A stretch of DNA of 64,000 nt from a virus, in IMG/VR virus record IMGVR_UViG_3300032163_000003, positions 32,001 through 96,000 of that record; one strand, given 5' to 3'. Position numbers and translations under genes: made by a program. The notes under the pieces were generated by a model that saw only the letters and a list, made by a program, of their open reading frames with translations, was not told the DNA's origin and searched no databases. This document shows, one piece after another, positions 9,801-18,476 of this stretch (within the stretch, counting starts at the first letter, position 1; every line of letters starts with the position of its first letter).

Positions 9801-10132
9801 AGTGTTTCTTTTGTGATGGAAGATATCTTGACAACGCCTCTTCCCATTATGTCAAACACGTATCCAACTCTATTTAAGATACCAGAAACCGACTTTTCTA
9901 TTTCTCTAATTCCTTCAGTTCCAGCCATTCTTTCTACTTTAAGTCTTCTAGCTTTTTCTGTAATTCTTCTAATATCATTTCTAGCTCCGCCAAGTTCTTT
10001 TTGAAAGTCATCGTTATTTCTTTCTATAAAATTCGAAACAGCATTGATCCCTTTAGCTCGTTGGTTTCCTTCTGCCGTTGCTTCTCTTTCATTCTGACTC
10101 ATCATTCGTCTAATGTCTCGGTCATTAGCCAT
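6872..10132 (-). CDS. Tape-measure-like tail protein with C-terminal peptidase M15 (peptidoglycan hydrolase)
   Basis: 1086 aa helical and Gly/Ala-rich; PKLQKGGYV..VHAAEVVVP motif; M15 motifs SAYRS, SPHGKGLALD, EPWH. Confidence 0.75.
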   Translation of the reverse strand: MANDRDIRRMMSQNEREATAEGNQRAKGINAVSNFIERNNDDFQKELGGARNDIRRITEKARRLKVERMAGTEGIREIEKSVSGILNRVGYVFDIMGRGVVKISSITKETLQNYKNILQRELNISAPNTVAMALSRATPIFGYFAAKFMETGVFRKFSDAIKNKLSDAASVVGSKFKSMFRAGQSARENTRIPKLQKGGYVAKTGLAQVHAAEVVVPSQKLFREFNLMFKRSIKPVTTELGAIREQLTTISEPNVEGEPGGIYGMIRDMFKEIPMFKTFIKISDWMAKPLKWLFSTQSKYKAKVPKGPNVLGNIATTLGMIYADFMHKYDHILSSLKAIGMGLDIKQERFREPREKMEATGIQKIRLGARGVKRWWKPAGKKEEGMFDKIKRMLGFGGAPEEGGWESPSQKAAKKKREKVTVGGMGGGFFSDIVQKAWETMLGFAGVGAGEVEAGGVGGLGALRPKNIKRILFGGKHGKVKEDKTYKDYKIPFAAAKAGMGVKEGEKKELETKIIISEISGKAARFISRYFGKLSKDQTKQIIGIAKPTSKIVATIKEDTAKIIDILKKGTKSISDYLLMTVGAIGGWVKSLMTKLNPLRYLKALGGLGLKGLGKAGGALLRMLPMGAAVGAAAFGVYEMIQAFRGEKTLVGELFGMFGEWISGGKYKGPGWLGDLVFDIVESASKTISKSIDSVVGYVKEKAIAIKDLVLYPVDFMWDLAVKAKDWIVDLVKKNPLVKAIGWAVEKVTGGPEKAPETTPGAGQAEYEKYMQMGGVGDPGYGPRKYGQIKEVGDGVGKSASSESHLAITIREAIKEGFADVGKIIQLEYQKESLLGKAAGAIGQAATGATGFAQRVAEKVGITDIGKSIVSGATTIGERLGSLVGIKKMPDVDISGVQEPIWKNFSLMAEEYKKGTGKEIQLNSAYRSPAKQAELYKTNPYAAPPGKSPHGKGLALDINSGDAYGLKKEGLMEKYGFYQPMGNEPWHLQMKPQVGDPKQFNVPYKRKDLIDGEVENAMMGINGMSKAMNPMVGAIDKGLKGVNAAIISNSNVITNMQSNQQGGGGGRQSGQGSFDPEIAAILSGNI

Positions 10133-10135
10133 TTT

Positions 10136-11008
10136 TTACTTTCCTTCTACAAATTTTCTTATTTTATTTTCTACTTTTTCCATATCTTTTAGCTCATTTT
10201 CCCAAATTACTAAAGTCTTATACCCAAACTTTGCAAATATTTTCTTTCTTTCTTCTGGATCTTCTCCTTGATGATAATAATTTCCAAAATGTTCAATCAG
10301 TAACTTCTTACCATTGATACAAGTAAAGTCAGGATTTTTACCATTAATTAAGAAACTAAAATCTCCTGTATATTTCCATTCGTTGGGGTAAAACTTATTT
10401 AGAACATTCAAAATTTTAACTTCACATTTGTTTGGTCTAAGGTCTCGTGCTTCTTTTTGTTTTTGTTGATATTCTGGATCTTTCCAGTTTTCTAGTTGTT
10501 TTTCTGCCATTCTTTTAACACCTTTATTATTCTCTTTAGTTCTTCCCTTCTTTTTTTCTGCTCCTTTTCTACGTCCTTCTTCAGTTACAAAACTAGCTGC
10601 ATAAGTTGCTCCACCACTTTTCATTCGTTTCGATCGTTTTTTTATTTGTATTCTTTTACCTTCTTCGGTTACACAACTATTCATATAAGATGCATGACCA
10701 TTTTTCATTCTTATTCTTGTTTGTGATCTTTCCTCTTCTGTTACATCTCGAAAGTTTTTTATACCTTTATTCCACGGGATTTTTCCGAACATATGATTAT
10801 TCTCTCCTGTTATTTTTTCTGCCCCCTTTTTAACTCTCTCATCTGTTTCTTTTGTTAAATCTTTATTCCACGGAATTCTTCCTTTAAGATTTTCGCTATT
10901 TTTCTTTGAGACTTTTGGGCATTTCATAACATTTAAACTACAACACCATTTTTCGTTCTTGAATTGATATTTCGCTTCTTGACCACAACCATAATCACAT
11001 AATTTCAT
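10136..11008 (-). CDS. Putative homing endonuclease: CxYGCG zinc module, NUMOD3-like repeats, Vsr-like nuclease
   Basis: MKLCDYGCGQEAKYQFKN..CC; PWNKG repeats; NPDF...IEHFGNYYH...LVIWE. Confidence 0.75.
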   Translation of the reverse strand: MKLCDYGCGQEAKYQFKNEKWCCSLNVMKCPKVSKKNSENLKGRIPWNKDLTKETDERVKKGAEKITGENNHMFGKIPWNKGIKNFRDVTEEERSQTRIRMKNGHASYMNSCVTEEGKRIQIKKRSKRMKSGGATYAASFVTEEGRRKGAEKKKGRTKENNKGVKRMAEKQLENWKDPEYQQKQKEARDLRPNKCEVKILNVLNKFYPNEWKYTGDFSFLINGKNPDFTCINGKKLLIEHFGNYYHQGEDPEERKKIFAKFGYKTLVIWENELKDMEKVENKIRKFVEGK

Positions 11009-11021
11009 TAATAAATTCTCC

Positions 11022-11909
11022 TTACGTTAAACTTTTCATCATCGTTATAAACTTATCTTTTAGAATCTTTTTTTCCACATGTAAAGCTATAACTTCCTCT
11101 GGTCTCCATAACTCTTGAAAACATACATTCCCATACGTCGGCACGTCCAAAGCGTCATACGTTCGGTACATCGGAGATAAAATATGCATGTACCCGTTAT
11201 ATAAAATGTCTTGCGCTTTTCCGCCATACACAGTTACAAGTTTAATGCATTGTTTCATATCTTCTACATTCTTGTCAAACTTATCCGGATCTTTTGAATA
11301 CTTCTTTAGCGGTAACATAACTTTTGAATACTTGCTTATAACAGCTGCGATTGAAACCTCGGCCCCAAATTCGGTATGCATCTGAACAACTATCTTCCAA
11401 ACCTCATCGTCAATTTTTTGTCCTTTCAGAATCTTAAAAATATCTTTGAAAAATAGAATGTAGTAGTCTTTGATATAGTCTTTGAAAATTGTTAAGAACT
11501 TATTTGGTTCTCTATCAGTACAGTAATGGACTAGTTCATGACTAGTAACTCTAGCAAGAACTTTATTTGGATATGATAAGAACCAGTTGATGTAGTTATC
11601 AAGAACTATAAAGATCTTTCTTTGATTTGGTTCGTAAAAAGCTGCAAATCCCGGTCCTTCTATTGACTGTAGTATTTTCTTTGTGATAAACTTTATTGCA
11701 CTGCTTTCTTGCCAACATGGAACTATTGCTTGCTTTTTTCTAACAAGATTATCTATCTCTCGGATCACATCTGAAAAATAATCCGACTTCGCCAAAGCTT
11801 TTACAAATCTTTCTTGAATTCTTTCCGAAGTATAAAAAGGCACACCTTCAAGTTTCACAGCGATCCTTCCATTTTCCGGTAGTGCGAACAGTTCTTGAAC
11901 TTGTTCCAT
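11022..11909 (-). CDS. Putative zincin metallopeptidase-like protein
   Basis: HELVH (HExxH) motif. Confidence 0.45.
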   Translation of the reverse strand: MEQVQELFALPENGRIAVKLEGVPFYTSERIQERFVKALAKSDYFSDVIREIDNLVRKKQAIVPCWQESSAIKFITKKILQSIEGPGFAAFYEPNQRKIFIVLDNYINWFLSYPNKVLARVTSHELVHYCTDREPNKFLTIFKDYIKDYYILFFKDIFKILKGQKIDDEVWKIVVQMHTEFGAEVSIAAVISKYSKVMLPLKKYSKDPDKFDKNVEDMKQCIKLVTVYGGKAQDILYNGYMHILSPMYRTYDALDVPTYGNVCFQELWRPEEVIALHVEKKILKDKFITMMKSLT

Positions 11910-11915
11910 GTATCG

Positions 11916-13646
11916 TTATCCTTTTTCTATTCCGATAAACTTTCCTAGTTCTTCCTCTTCCTCTTCGTCCTTTGGGAGCAGATCTATGGCTTTTCTAGAT
12001 TCGATCTTGTATCCAGGAGCTGCTCTGCTTAGTTGAGTTGTGCCATCATAGAAAGAAAGAGTATTTAAAAACCCTTGGTTTGCAGATATGTTATCTTTTA
12101 CGAACTGCATAATGTCTTCATTAGTTAGATTAGATCTTTGGTTGTCGTTCATTTTCATTACATCATTAAACATTGTGTCAGATAAGAACTTACTAGATTC
12201 TACCCCCATTGGTGGGTCATACTTGCGGACGTAAAATGCGCAAGCAGTTGCGAGAGACAAGTCATCTCTACAACCTACATCTCCTTCAACTTTTCCAGCT
12301 TTAGTAATTAATCCAATTAGTTCTAATGAAAGTCTTTTTGATTTAACTAATTCTGGGAATTCAGTAATATAGGAATATAACGAATCTATAATTAAAGGTC
12401 TAGTTTTAGAGTTATTCGATAGTCCGGCAACTACTTTATTATCACCTTTTTTCTCTTTGTACAGCATGTTTGATAAATCGGATCTATCAATCTCTTCACA
12501 TACTTGGTTTCCATATCCTCCAGTATTTTCAACAACTAGAAGACCAGGATATTTAGTACAAGCTAACCTAACTACTTTACTAAACTCGGTAACAGCAAGT
12601 TTTCCTTCGTACTCCCAAACTTGTTCTAAAGTTACATAGTCCCAAACTGTAATTGCAGAATTGTCTACGCCGTGTTCTGCAGCGGTATCCACTCCAATCA
12701 AATAGTATCTTCCCTTCTCGGGCTTCTTAAACATCCACGATTCCCCACCAAATATCCTTACAATTTCTATTGGTTCAGATTTATCTCTTTGTAACTTCTC
12801 GCAAGTAATTTCATCAAAGAACGATCCTTTTGTAGGTAAAAAGATTAAATCTAGTTCTTGCTTGATCGACCTTTGGTCATTTGCAAACATTTCACATTGT
12901 GTTTTATACCAAGTAGGATCTCCCGCAAGTTCTGGAATTTGTTTCCAGTGAATTTCCATATATTTAAAAATATCATCACCGCTCATTGATCGTTGATATC
13001 TTTTATAAAACCACGCACCTAAACCAGTAGTTTTATTAGGAGTTGATAATATTAAAGTTCCATATGGAACATTTGCTTCTCTTGCGTGCTTTTGATTAGT
13101 TGATAAAGCTGGAACCATTCCAACCCATGCATCTTCAATGTGTGGAATGAACGCTGCTTCGTCAATTACTAAGAATGTTATTGCTTTACCACGGAGAGTT
13201 CTTTCTGGGTGGTTTGGGTTTACTGGAGTAGCATAACATTTGCACCCGTTGTCAAGAATAAATTGTTGTTCTGTTCTTTTCTTGAACTTTGGAGACAACC
13301 AAATAGGAAGTTTATCTATCATTGACATTATCGCTCTAGCAAAGTCAGTAGCTTCTTTTCCATCTTTGGAGATAATTCCGATAACTGCGTTCTTAAAGAA
13401 ACAAACCAACCATCCAATATATGCTTGAACTACTGTAGAAATTCCAATTTGTCTAGATTTTAGAACTAACATGTTATGAATGGTGTGAATTAAGTTAATT
13501 AATTCAGCCTGTTTCTGATAAGGTTTTATCAGACGATCTCCCCCAACTAGTTCAAGTTTGATATACTTTCTGCAAAAATACTCGAATGAACTCTTACACT
13601 TAAAGTATTCTTGGAGCCTATACTGCCTTTCTTTTTCGTCAGTCAT
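11916..13646 (-). CDS. terL: Terminase large subunit (T4 gp17-like)
   Basis: Walker A LKSRQIGIST, Walker B LVIDEAAF, coupling motif STP, RNase H-like IGVDTA...DNSA...VVEN...DDL. Confidence 0.92.
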   Translation of the reverse strand: MTDEKERQYRLQEYFKCKSSFEYFCRKYIKLELVGGDRLIKPYQKQAELINLIHTIHNMLVLKSRQIGISTVVQAYIGWLVCFFKNAVIGIISKDGKEATDFARAIMSMIDKLPIWLSPKFKKRTEQQFILDNGCKCYATPVNPNHPERTLRGKAITFLVIDEAAFIPHIEDAWVGMVPALSTNQKHAREANVPYGTLILSTPNKTTGLGAWFYKRYQRSMSGDDIFKYMEIHWKQIPELAGDPTWYKTQCEMFANDQRSIKQELDLIFLPTKGSFFDEITCEKLQRDKSEPIEIVRIFGGESWMFKKPEKGRYYLIGVDTAAEHGVDNSAITVWDYVTLEQVWEYEGKLAVTEFSKVVRLACTKYPGLLVVENTGGYGNQVCEEIDRSDLSNMLYKEKKGDNKVVAGLSNNSKTRPLIIDSLYSYITEFPELVKSKRLSLELIGLITKAGKVEGDVGCRDDLSLATACAFYVRKYDPPMGVESSKFLSDTMFNDVMKMNDNQRSNLTNEDIMQFVKDNISANQGFLNTLSFYDGTTQLSRAAPGYKIESRKAIDLLPKDEEEEEELGKFIGIEKG

Positions 13647-13678
13647 TTGTTGTATTACCCTCGCACCGTAAGATTCTC

Positions 13679-13692
13679 TATAGTTTGTTCTA
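13679..13692 (-). promoter_or_regulatory. Candidate late promoter GAACA-N5-TA upstream of terL
   Basis: TAGAACAAACTATA; motif recurs upstream of late genes and HEGs. Confidence 0.45.
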
Positions 13693-13712
13693 TTATTTAA
13701 CTAAGTTCTCAA

Positions 13713-13733
13713 CTATATATATCTCTTATTGAA
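13713..13733 (+). promoter_or_regulatory. Candidate promoter TATATATAT-YTCTW-ATTGAA
   Basis: Second copy at 20618-20640 on the minus strand; both are intergenic and upstream of a strong SD. Confidence 0.35.
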
Positions 13734-13776
13734 GTATTTAATGCGAAGATTGGATACTAAAAAAGGAGGTAAGAAA

Positions 13777-14073
13777 GTGGCAAAGTTTTCAATCTCAAGA
13801 GTGAGTGAAAGTCAGTCGTTGCTTCAAGTCACGATGTCTTTCATGATTCAATCTAACATGGAGTCCCTTTTAAAAAAGTCTCCAATTGTTTCCAAACTAT
13901 CAAAAGTTTTAACTTCAGATGGAATCCTAACTGGTCCGATATCTTCCAATATCAAGAAAGTCGAACCACTGGATATTAAGATTCCAAACGAGAGAAGAAA
14001 TCCGATGGCTCCAAGAAGTAAAGGTCGTAGTTTGAGAAAAGACTTTGATAACATGTTTGGAGAGGACTTGTAG
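13777..14073 (+). CDS. Hypothetical protein; the only convincing plus-strand gene
   Basis: SD AAGGAGGT before GTG 13777; fills the gap between minus-strand genes; followed by a terminator. Confidence 0.65.
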   Translation: MAKFSISRVSESQSLLQVTMSFMIQSNMESLLKKSPIVSKLSKVLTSDGILTGPISSNIKKVEPLDIKIPNERRNPMAPRSKGRSLRKDFDNMFGEDL

Positions 14074-14085
14074 AAAGAATTTCGA

Positions 14086-14131
14086 CAAAAAAATTTACTT
14101 GGGAATTTTAATATCCAAGTAAATTTTTTTG
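14086..14131. terminator. Bidirectional intrinsic terminator
   Basis: CAAAAAAATTTACTTGG / CCAAGTAAATTTTTTTG inverted repeat between convergent genes. Confidence 0.75.
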
Positions 14132-15376
14132 CTAAATTGTATTATTGCTGCGGAATAAGTCTAGTTTGCAAGTTGGAAACCACTCTCCAGCTTTTGTAAA
14201 AATGATATCACTGTTTTTGAGAATATATTTTCCCGCTAGATTTGTATACTGAAGATTCTTCGTTAACAATTTTACTGGTTCACCTACATTTAGAAGATTT
14301 AAGATTTTCAAGTTCTTTTCTATCTCAACTGAAATAGTAGTTATGTTGGATAGGTATTTTGATAACCTTGAATTTATAAAAGTTTCATTCTCTTGATATC
14401 CAAGATGATCTGTGTAATACTTGGTTCGGTCTGTTATTGGATCAGTAGATACTTTATCATACTTATAAACTACTCCATAATCAGAAGTAACTTCATCTAG
14501 ATCTTTATTAATTATATTATATAATGCATCTTTTGGTTTAACTAAGTGCTTTGTTTGTTTTGCTAAAAAAGAAAACTTTGTATTTCCAGAGAAGTCACTT
14601 TTTATCGGGGCGTATGTGTAGAAATTTTTTCCTTCTTCACATCGTTTAAAAATTTCATCCATTTCCTCTTTTGTAATATCTAAAGGAACTTGAAAAATTC
14701 CAAAAGTCTGATCTTTGTTTATTTCTTTTGATAGATTGTGTACACGAAACTCATTACTTAAGTTACAGTGTACTTCTAACATTCCATCAAAAATTCCAAA
14801 TGTTTCATCTAAATACAGAATTGCTTTGTATAAAGTGGTTGGAGGAATAACTACTTGATCTATCGTTTCTGTATTTGCACCAGTATTTGTAAAATTCAAA
14901 GTAGCATCTGTTTTTCCAGTTAGTGCTTGAACTATATCTTTTACTGTTTGACCAATAAAAACATCGTTGACTAAAGTAGTAATGGTTTTGAATGGTTTTC
15001 TTGGAACAGTAATTATTCTAAACAGAGATCTATCTCTTTGAGAAGTAGCTGAAATTCGAACTTGTGGAGCAGCGGCATAACTGGTTTTAAGATACATCAA
15101 ATCTAAATCTATTCGTTCTAAAGTTGCTTTCTCGGTTCCTCTTCCTTCTAGTTTAATACTTAGTTTTAGAGGATCTTTTGAAAAAACATTTTCTTTGAGA
15201 ACTTGTTCTGGATCAATTAGAATATCTAAAGTGATTATCTGGTAAGGCGCAAATATTGAAGATGTAATTCTCACAGAAAGTAATTCTGGCGTATAATCAT
15301 AATCCTTGATGATTAATTGCAGATCGTACCCTCTAGCGAGTACGTAACTTCTTGGGTCTTTTACTTGATCAGCCAT
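14132..15376 (-). CDS. Putative baseplate hub/tail protein
   Basis: 414 aa beta-rich; C-terminal GEPVKL...LAGKYIL pattern recalls hub proteins; structural neighbourhood. Confidence 0.45.
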   Translation of the reverse strand: MADQVKDPRSYVLARGYDLQLIIKDYDYTPELLSVRITSSIFAPYQIITLDILIDPEQVLKENVFSKDPLKLSIKLEGRGTEKATLERIDLDLMYLKTSYAAAPQVRISATSQRDRSLFRIITVPRKPFKTITTLVNDVFIGQTVKDIVQALTGKTDATLNFTNTGANTETIDQVVIPPTTLYKAILYLDETFGIFDGMLEVHCNLSNEFRVHNLSKEINKDQTFGIFQVPLDITKEEMDEIFKRCEEGKNFYTYAPIKSDFSGNTKFSFLAKQTKHLVKPKDALYNIINKDLDEVTSDYGVVYKYDKVSTDPITDRTKYYTDHLGYQENETFINSRLSKYLSNITTISVEIEKNLKILNLLNVGEPVKLLTKNLQYTNLAGKYILKNSDIIFTKAGEWFPTCKLDLFRSNNTI

Positions 15377-16161
15377 TACTTTGTTTCCTCAAACAATCTA
15401 AAAAGTTGTTCTTTTGTTATCCAACTTTTGTTTTTCTTTTTATCATTTTCATCCCAAGGAATAAGTTGAAGATTACATTTGTGACCGATTATGTATGGAG
15501 GAATATTACTTAAAAATCCGTCCTTAATACTAAAGGTATGATCTGCTTGAAAAGAATCTTTTACTCCACACCGGCCGGTTTTAGACAACTCTTCTGCCGA
15601 GAATTTGTCTTTTATTGATTTTTGTGTAAAGAAATAAACTTTTCTACGATATAAGTTAAAAAGTGATATTTTTTCATCTGGAAGCCATGTCCCATTTTTT
15701 ATTTTTGTTTCTCTCCCTTTCCTAATTACTTTTTCCTTTATCTCTGGGACAAGCATATTATGTGAAACACCATAATTTTTTAAGAAAGTTTTTACTTGTT
15801 TTTCTGTTATAAATTTGATTTCTTCTTCTGTCTTGTTCTTTTTGGTTTGTTTTATTTTTTCAGAAATCCAAGGAACTTGACTTATATTTTTTACACCGTA
15901 TTTTTCTAAAGTTTTTTGAATGTATATTTTTGTAGTCCCATATTTCTTTAAAATGGATTCTTTTCTTTTCTTAAAGATTTCTTTCTTTTCTTCTTCTGAT
16001 TTTCTTTTCCATTTTTCTCTTACTTTGGTTCTCCAGTTTTCTTTTTCTTTCTCATTTCTGGATAGTAACGTTTCGCTGCATTTTCCTCTGTTGTTGTAAA
16101 ACTCATTTCCATACTTTTCTAAACATGTATTTCTAGCTTTTTCTCTGTTTGTTTTACTCAC
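15376..16161 (-). CDS. Putative homing endonuclease (KYGV-N repeats, HNH-like C-terminus)
   Basis: Repeated EKYG/KNYGV; DHTFSIKDGF...NLQLIPWDEN. Confidence 0.65.
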   Translation of the reverse strand: MSKTNREKARNTCLEKYGNEFYNNRGKCSETLLSRNEKEKENWRTKVREKWKRKSEEEKKEIFKKRKESILKKYGTTKIYIQKTLEKYGVKNISQVPWISEKIKQTKKNKTEEEIKFITEKQVKTFLKNYGVSHNMLVPEIKEKVIRKGRETKIKNGTWLPDEKISLFNLYRRKVYFFTQKSIKDKFSAEELSKTGRCGVKDSFQADHTFSIKDGFLSNIPPYIIGHKCNLQLIPWDENDKKKNKSWITKEQLFRLFEETK

Positions 16162-16571
16162 TTCTTCTTTGCCTCAGATTCCATTTTCTTTAATAAATCA
16201 TAATAATTCCCTATTTCAGCAAGGTGGTCCTTTGCAATTTCTTTCGCTAGTTCTGGATCATCCGTATGCTCTTTTTCTACTTCGACTCCCATATTCAACT
16301 GCTCAGCATCAAACTGCTCATCTCCAATATCTCTATGTCTTCCAACTTGAAGAAGATTTGAGAGAAGACCATACGCAATAGTTTCAAGTCTATCAACTGG
16401 CATTCCAATTTTATCTGAAAATTCATGCACGTCTTTATCGCTTGGTTCTGGGTGTTCTATAAAGAAATTCTTTACAATTTCAATCGTATGGGGATCTTCT
16501 AGAGTCTGTTCTACAACTCTATATCTTCGTAATTGTTTTTTTAACTGTTCAAAATAATACATATCTTCCAT
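16158..16571 (-). CDS. DUF5661-family protein (probable start MEDMYY)
   Basis: QLNMGVEVEKEHTDDPELAKEIAKDHLAEIGNYY; SD GGAGGG. Confidence 0.75.
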   Translation of the reverse strand: MEDMYYFEQLKKQLRRYRVVEQTLEDPHTIEIVKNFFIEHPEPSDKDVHEFSDKIGMPVDRLETIAYGLLSNLLQVGRHRDIGDEQFDAEQLNMGVEVEKEHTDDPELAKEIAKDHLAEIGNYYDLLKKMESEAKKK

Positions 16572-16585
16572 AACGTTCCCTCCAT

Positions 16586-16597
16586 TATAATTTGTTC
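16586..16597 (-). promoter_or_regulatory. Candidate late promoter at the head of the structural block
   Basis: GAACAAATTATA directly after a terminator. Confidence 0.45.
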
Positions 16598-16612
16598 CCA
16601 AAAATGTACAAG

Positions 16613-16642
16613 AAAAGTGGGGGGTCATCCCCACCCACTTTT
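16613..16642 (-). terminator. Intrinsic terminator
   Basis: AAAAGTGGGTGGGG-ATGA-CCCCCCACTTTT hairpin with U tract. Confidence 0.7.
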
Positions 16643-17562
16643 TAGAAGGTTGATCCTCGGAGAGCTCTAATCATGCGCGTTGGTACAACTAACAATCTTT
16701 CTGCTATGTCATCCAACATCAGCTTTGCGTTCAAGTTTCCCTCCTTTGAGCTGAATTTTGCAATGGCTAAAAACAGATTCCAGTTTGTTATTTGGCTTCC
16801 TGCGCAGAGCTCGGAAAGAAAGGCAGATATACTATTCCGTCTATTCTTACCGGCTTTTTCTTCTATCATCGCAAGGGACTTTAAGATTTCTTCATCAGTA
16901 AGTATTTTAGAACTTGTCTCCGAAATTATGTCGACAATATTCTCATTGAAGATCTCAAAGAACGATCCGATGACACCACTTAAAACTGTTTTACTTTTTG
17001 ATGTGTGAATCTGATGGTAGGAACCCATCTTTTGTTTAAAGGTTACACGATACTCCCCCATTATGGAGAATCCAAAAGATACTCTTGCAACACCTGTGCC
17101 ATCATAGCTATTTTGCACAGTCAATTGTGGGACAACATCTCCGTCTCTTGGGGTAGTAACAACGTTTTCAATTTCAATTTCATGCCAAAAATGAGTAAAC
17201 CGAGGAGCGTTTAAAAAAGTTCTTTCTCTTAAAATTGGTTTTCCAGTTCCAACAATTGACTCTTTGATCATGCATACTACAATGTCATTACCAATGAACT
17301 TATAATCTTCTGATACAAATCCACCCATTCTTCCGAACGTTTGAGAAGTTGGTGAAGCAAAAACAGTGAAGTAGGGGATGGCTGTAAACTTGTCTGCGTC
17401 TTCAATGTATGACCCAATGTATCGAACTGCGCCATACTTGTCCTCATACAAAAAGGTTCTGTTGTTGATTTTCTTTAATCCATCTCTCACAGCTCGTTGT
17501 TCAAATGTTTCCATTCTTCCTCCGTTAATCATTGTTGTTGCTTCCGGAATCTGAACTTCCAC
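16642..17562 (-). CDS. DUF932/DUF945-like protein
   Basis: VSEDYKFIGN and LTVQNSYDGT motifs. Confidence 0.6.
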   Translation of the reverse strand: MEVQIPEATTMINGGRMETFEQRAVRDGLKKINNRTFLYEDKYGAVRYIGSYIEDADKFTAIPYFTVFASPTSQTFGRMGGFVSEDYKFIGNDIVVCMIKESIVGTGKPILRERTFLNAPRFTHFWHEIEIENVVTTPRDGDVVPQLTVQNSYDGTGVARVSFGFSIMGEYRVTFKQKMGSYHQIHTSKSKTVLSGVIGSFFEIFNENIVDIISETSSKILTDEEILKSLAMIEEKAGKNRRNSISAFLSELCAGSQITNWNLFLAIAKFSSKEGNLNAKLMLDDIAERLLVVPTRMIRALRGSTF

Positions 17563-17908
17563 TACTGGAATCAGATTCTAGGATTGATTCTTGTTCATGT
17601 AGATCACATGACTCACACTTCTTGTCGCAGTCATCAAAAGATCCACTTGCACCACCTCCGCCGCTTTCTCCACCTTTTCCAGAGAAAGCCTCTTCTGCTA
17701 AAAGATCTCCTGCGTTCGGTGGAACTTCATGAAGCATCTCCATCATTGAGAACATTAGTAAAAGAGATGATTCATTTAAAGACTCAATTCTTTCAACTTC
17801 TTGAATCTTCGCTCTTACCAACTGGGGATGCATTACTCGGAGATGCGCCCGAAAGTCTTTCATAAAAATTTCCTTCTTACAAAATCTACACTTTACCTTT
17901 CTGTCCAT
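17525..17908 (-). CDS. C2H2-like zinc-finger hypothetical protein with Gly/Ser tail
   Basis: CRFC...HLRVMH; FSGKGGESGGGGASGSF. Confidence 0.55.
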   Translation of the reverse strand: MDRKVKCRFCKKEIFMKDFRAHLRVMHPQLVRAKIQEVERIESLNESSLLLMFSMMEMLHEVPPNAGDLLAEEAFSGKGGESGGGGASGSFDDCDKKCESCDLHEQESILESDSSSGSSDSGSNNND

Positions 17909-18275
17909 TCCATAACTCCTTTGAATGATTTTGGTGTAACTTAAAATACATGCTTAGAAGATTTTCACAATCTTTGGAACAGTTTATTATTATAATACAA
18001 TCTTTACAAATCTCTTTTTTTGCTACTTTCCATATGATTACTTCTTGTGTTAAGTCTATCAACCGAACGTTTGTAAGATCTCCCTGGTATTTGTGTTCAA
18101 ATTTCCAAGAACAACGTTTGTCAACTTTTTCAACATGTGCTATATTCTCCTTGAAGAATTTGAAAAGAATCTTCCGGAAACCCAGTTGCTCCTTAGATGT
18201 CTTAGTAAGGGCTTCAGATATCTTTAAAGCAGTTTCATCTTTTATGGAAGGTAATTTTTCTTTACTCGATTTCAT
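17886..18275 (-). CDS. CxxC(I/L)(I/V)xxxC family protein
   Basis: ICKDCIIIINCSKDC. Confidence 0.55.
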   Translation of the reverse strand: MKSSKEKLPSIKDETALKISEALTKTSKEQLGFRKILFKFFKENIAHVEKVDKRCSWKFEHKYQGDLTNVRLIDLTQEVIIWKVAKKEICKDCIIIINCSKDCENLLSMYFKLHQNHSKELWNGQKGKV

Positions 18276-18476
18276 GAACTCGACCTCCCATCGCCTTTAC
18301 CCACGAAACCTGATCAGGAGTAGCCTCTTGAATGTAGGAACTCATAATAGTTCCAAACAATCTTAAAGCGTAAGTCTTTGCAAATTGTTTGGAACTAGAT
18401 CTCACAATGGAACAATTTCCTCCATCCAGGGTCACATAATAGTCCTTCTTCCTGAGTAATGATAATTCTTCTTTCA

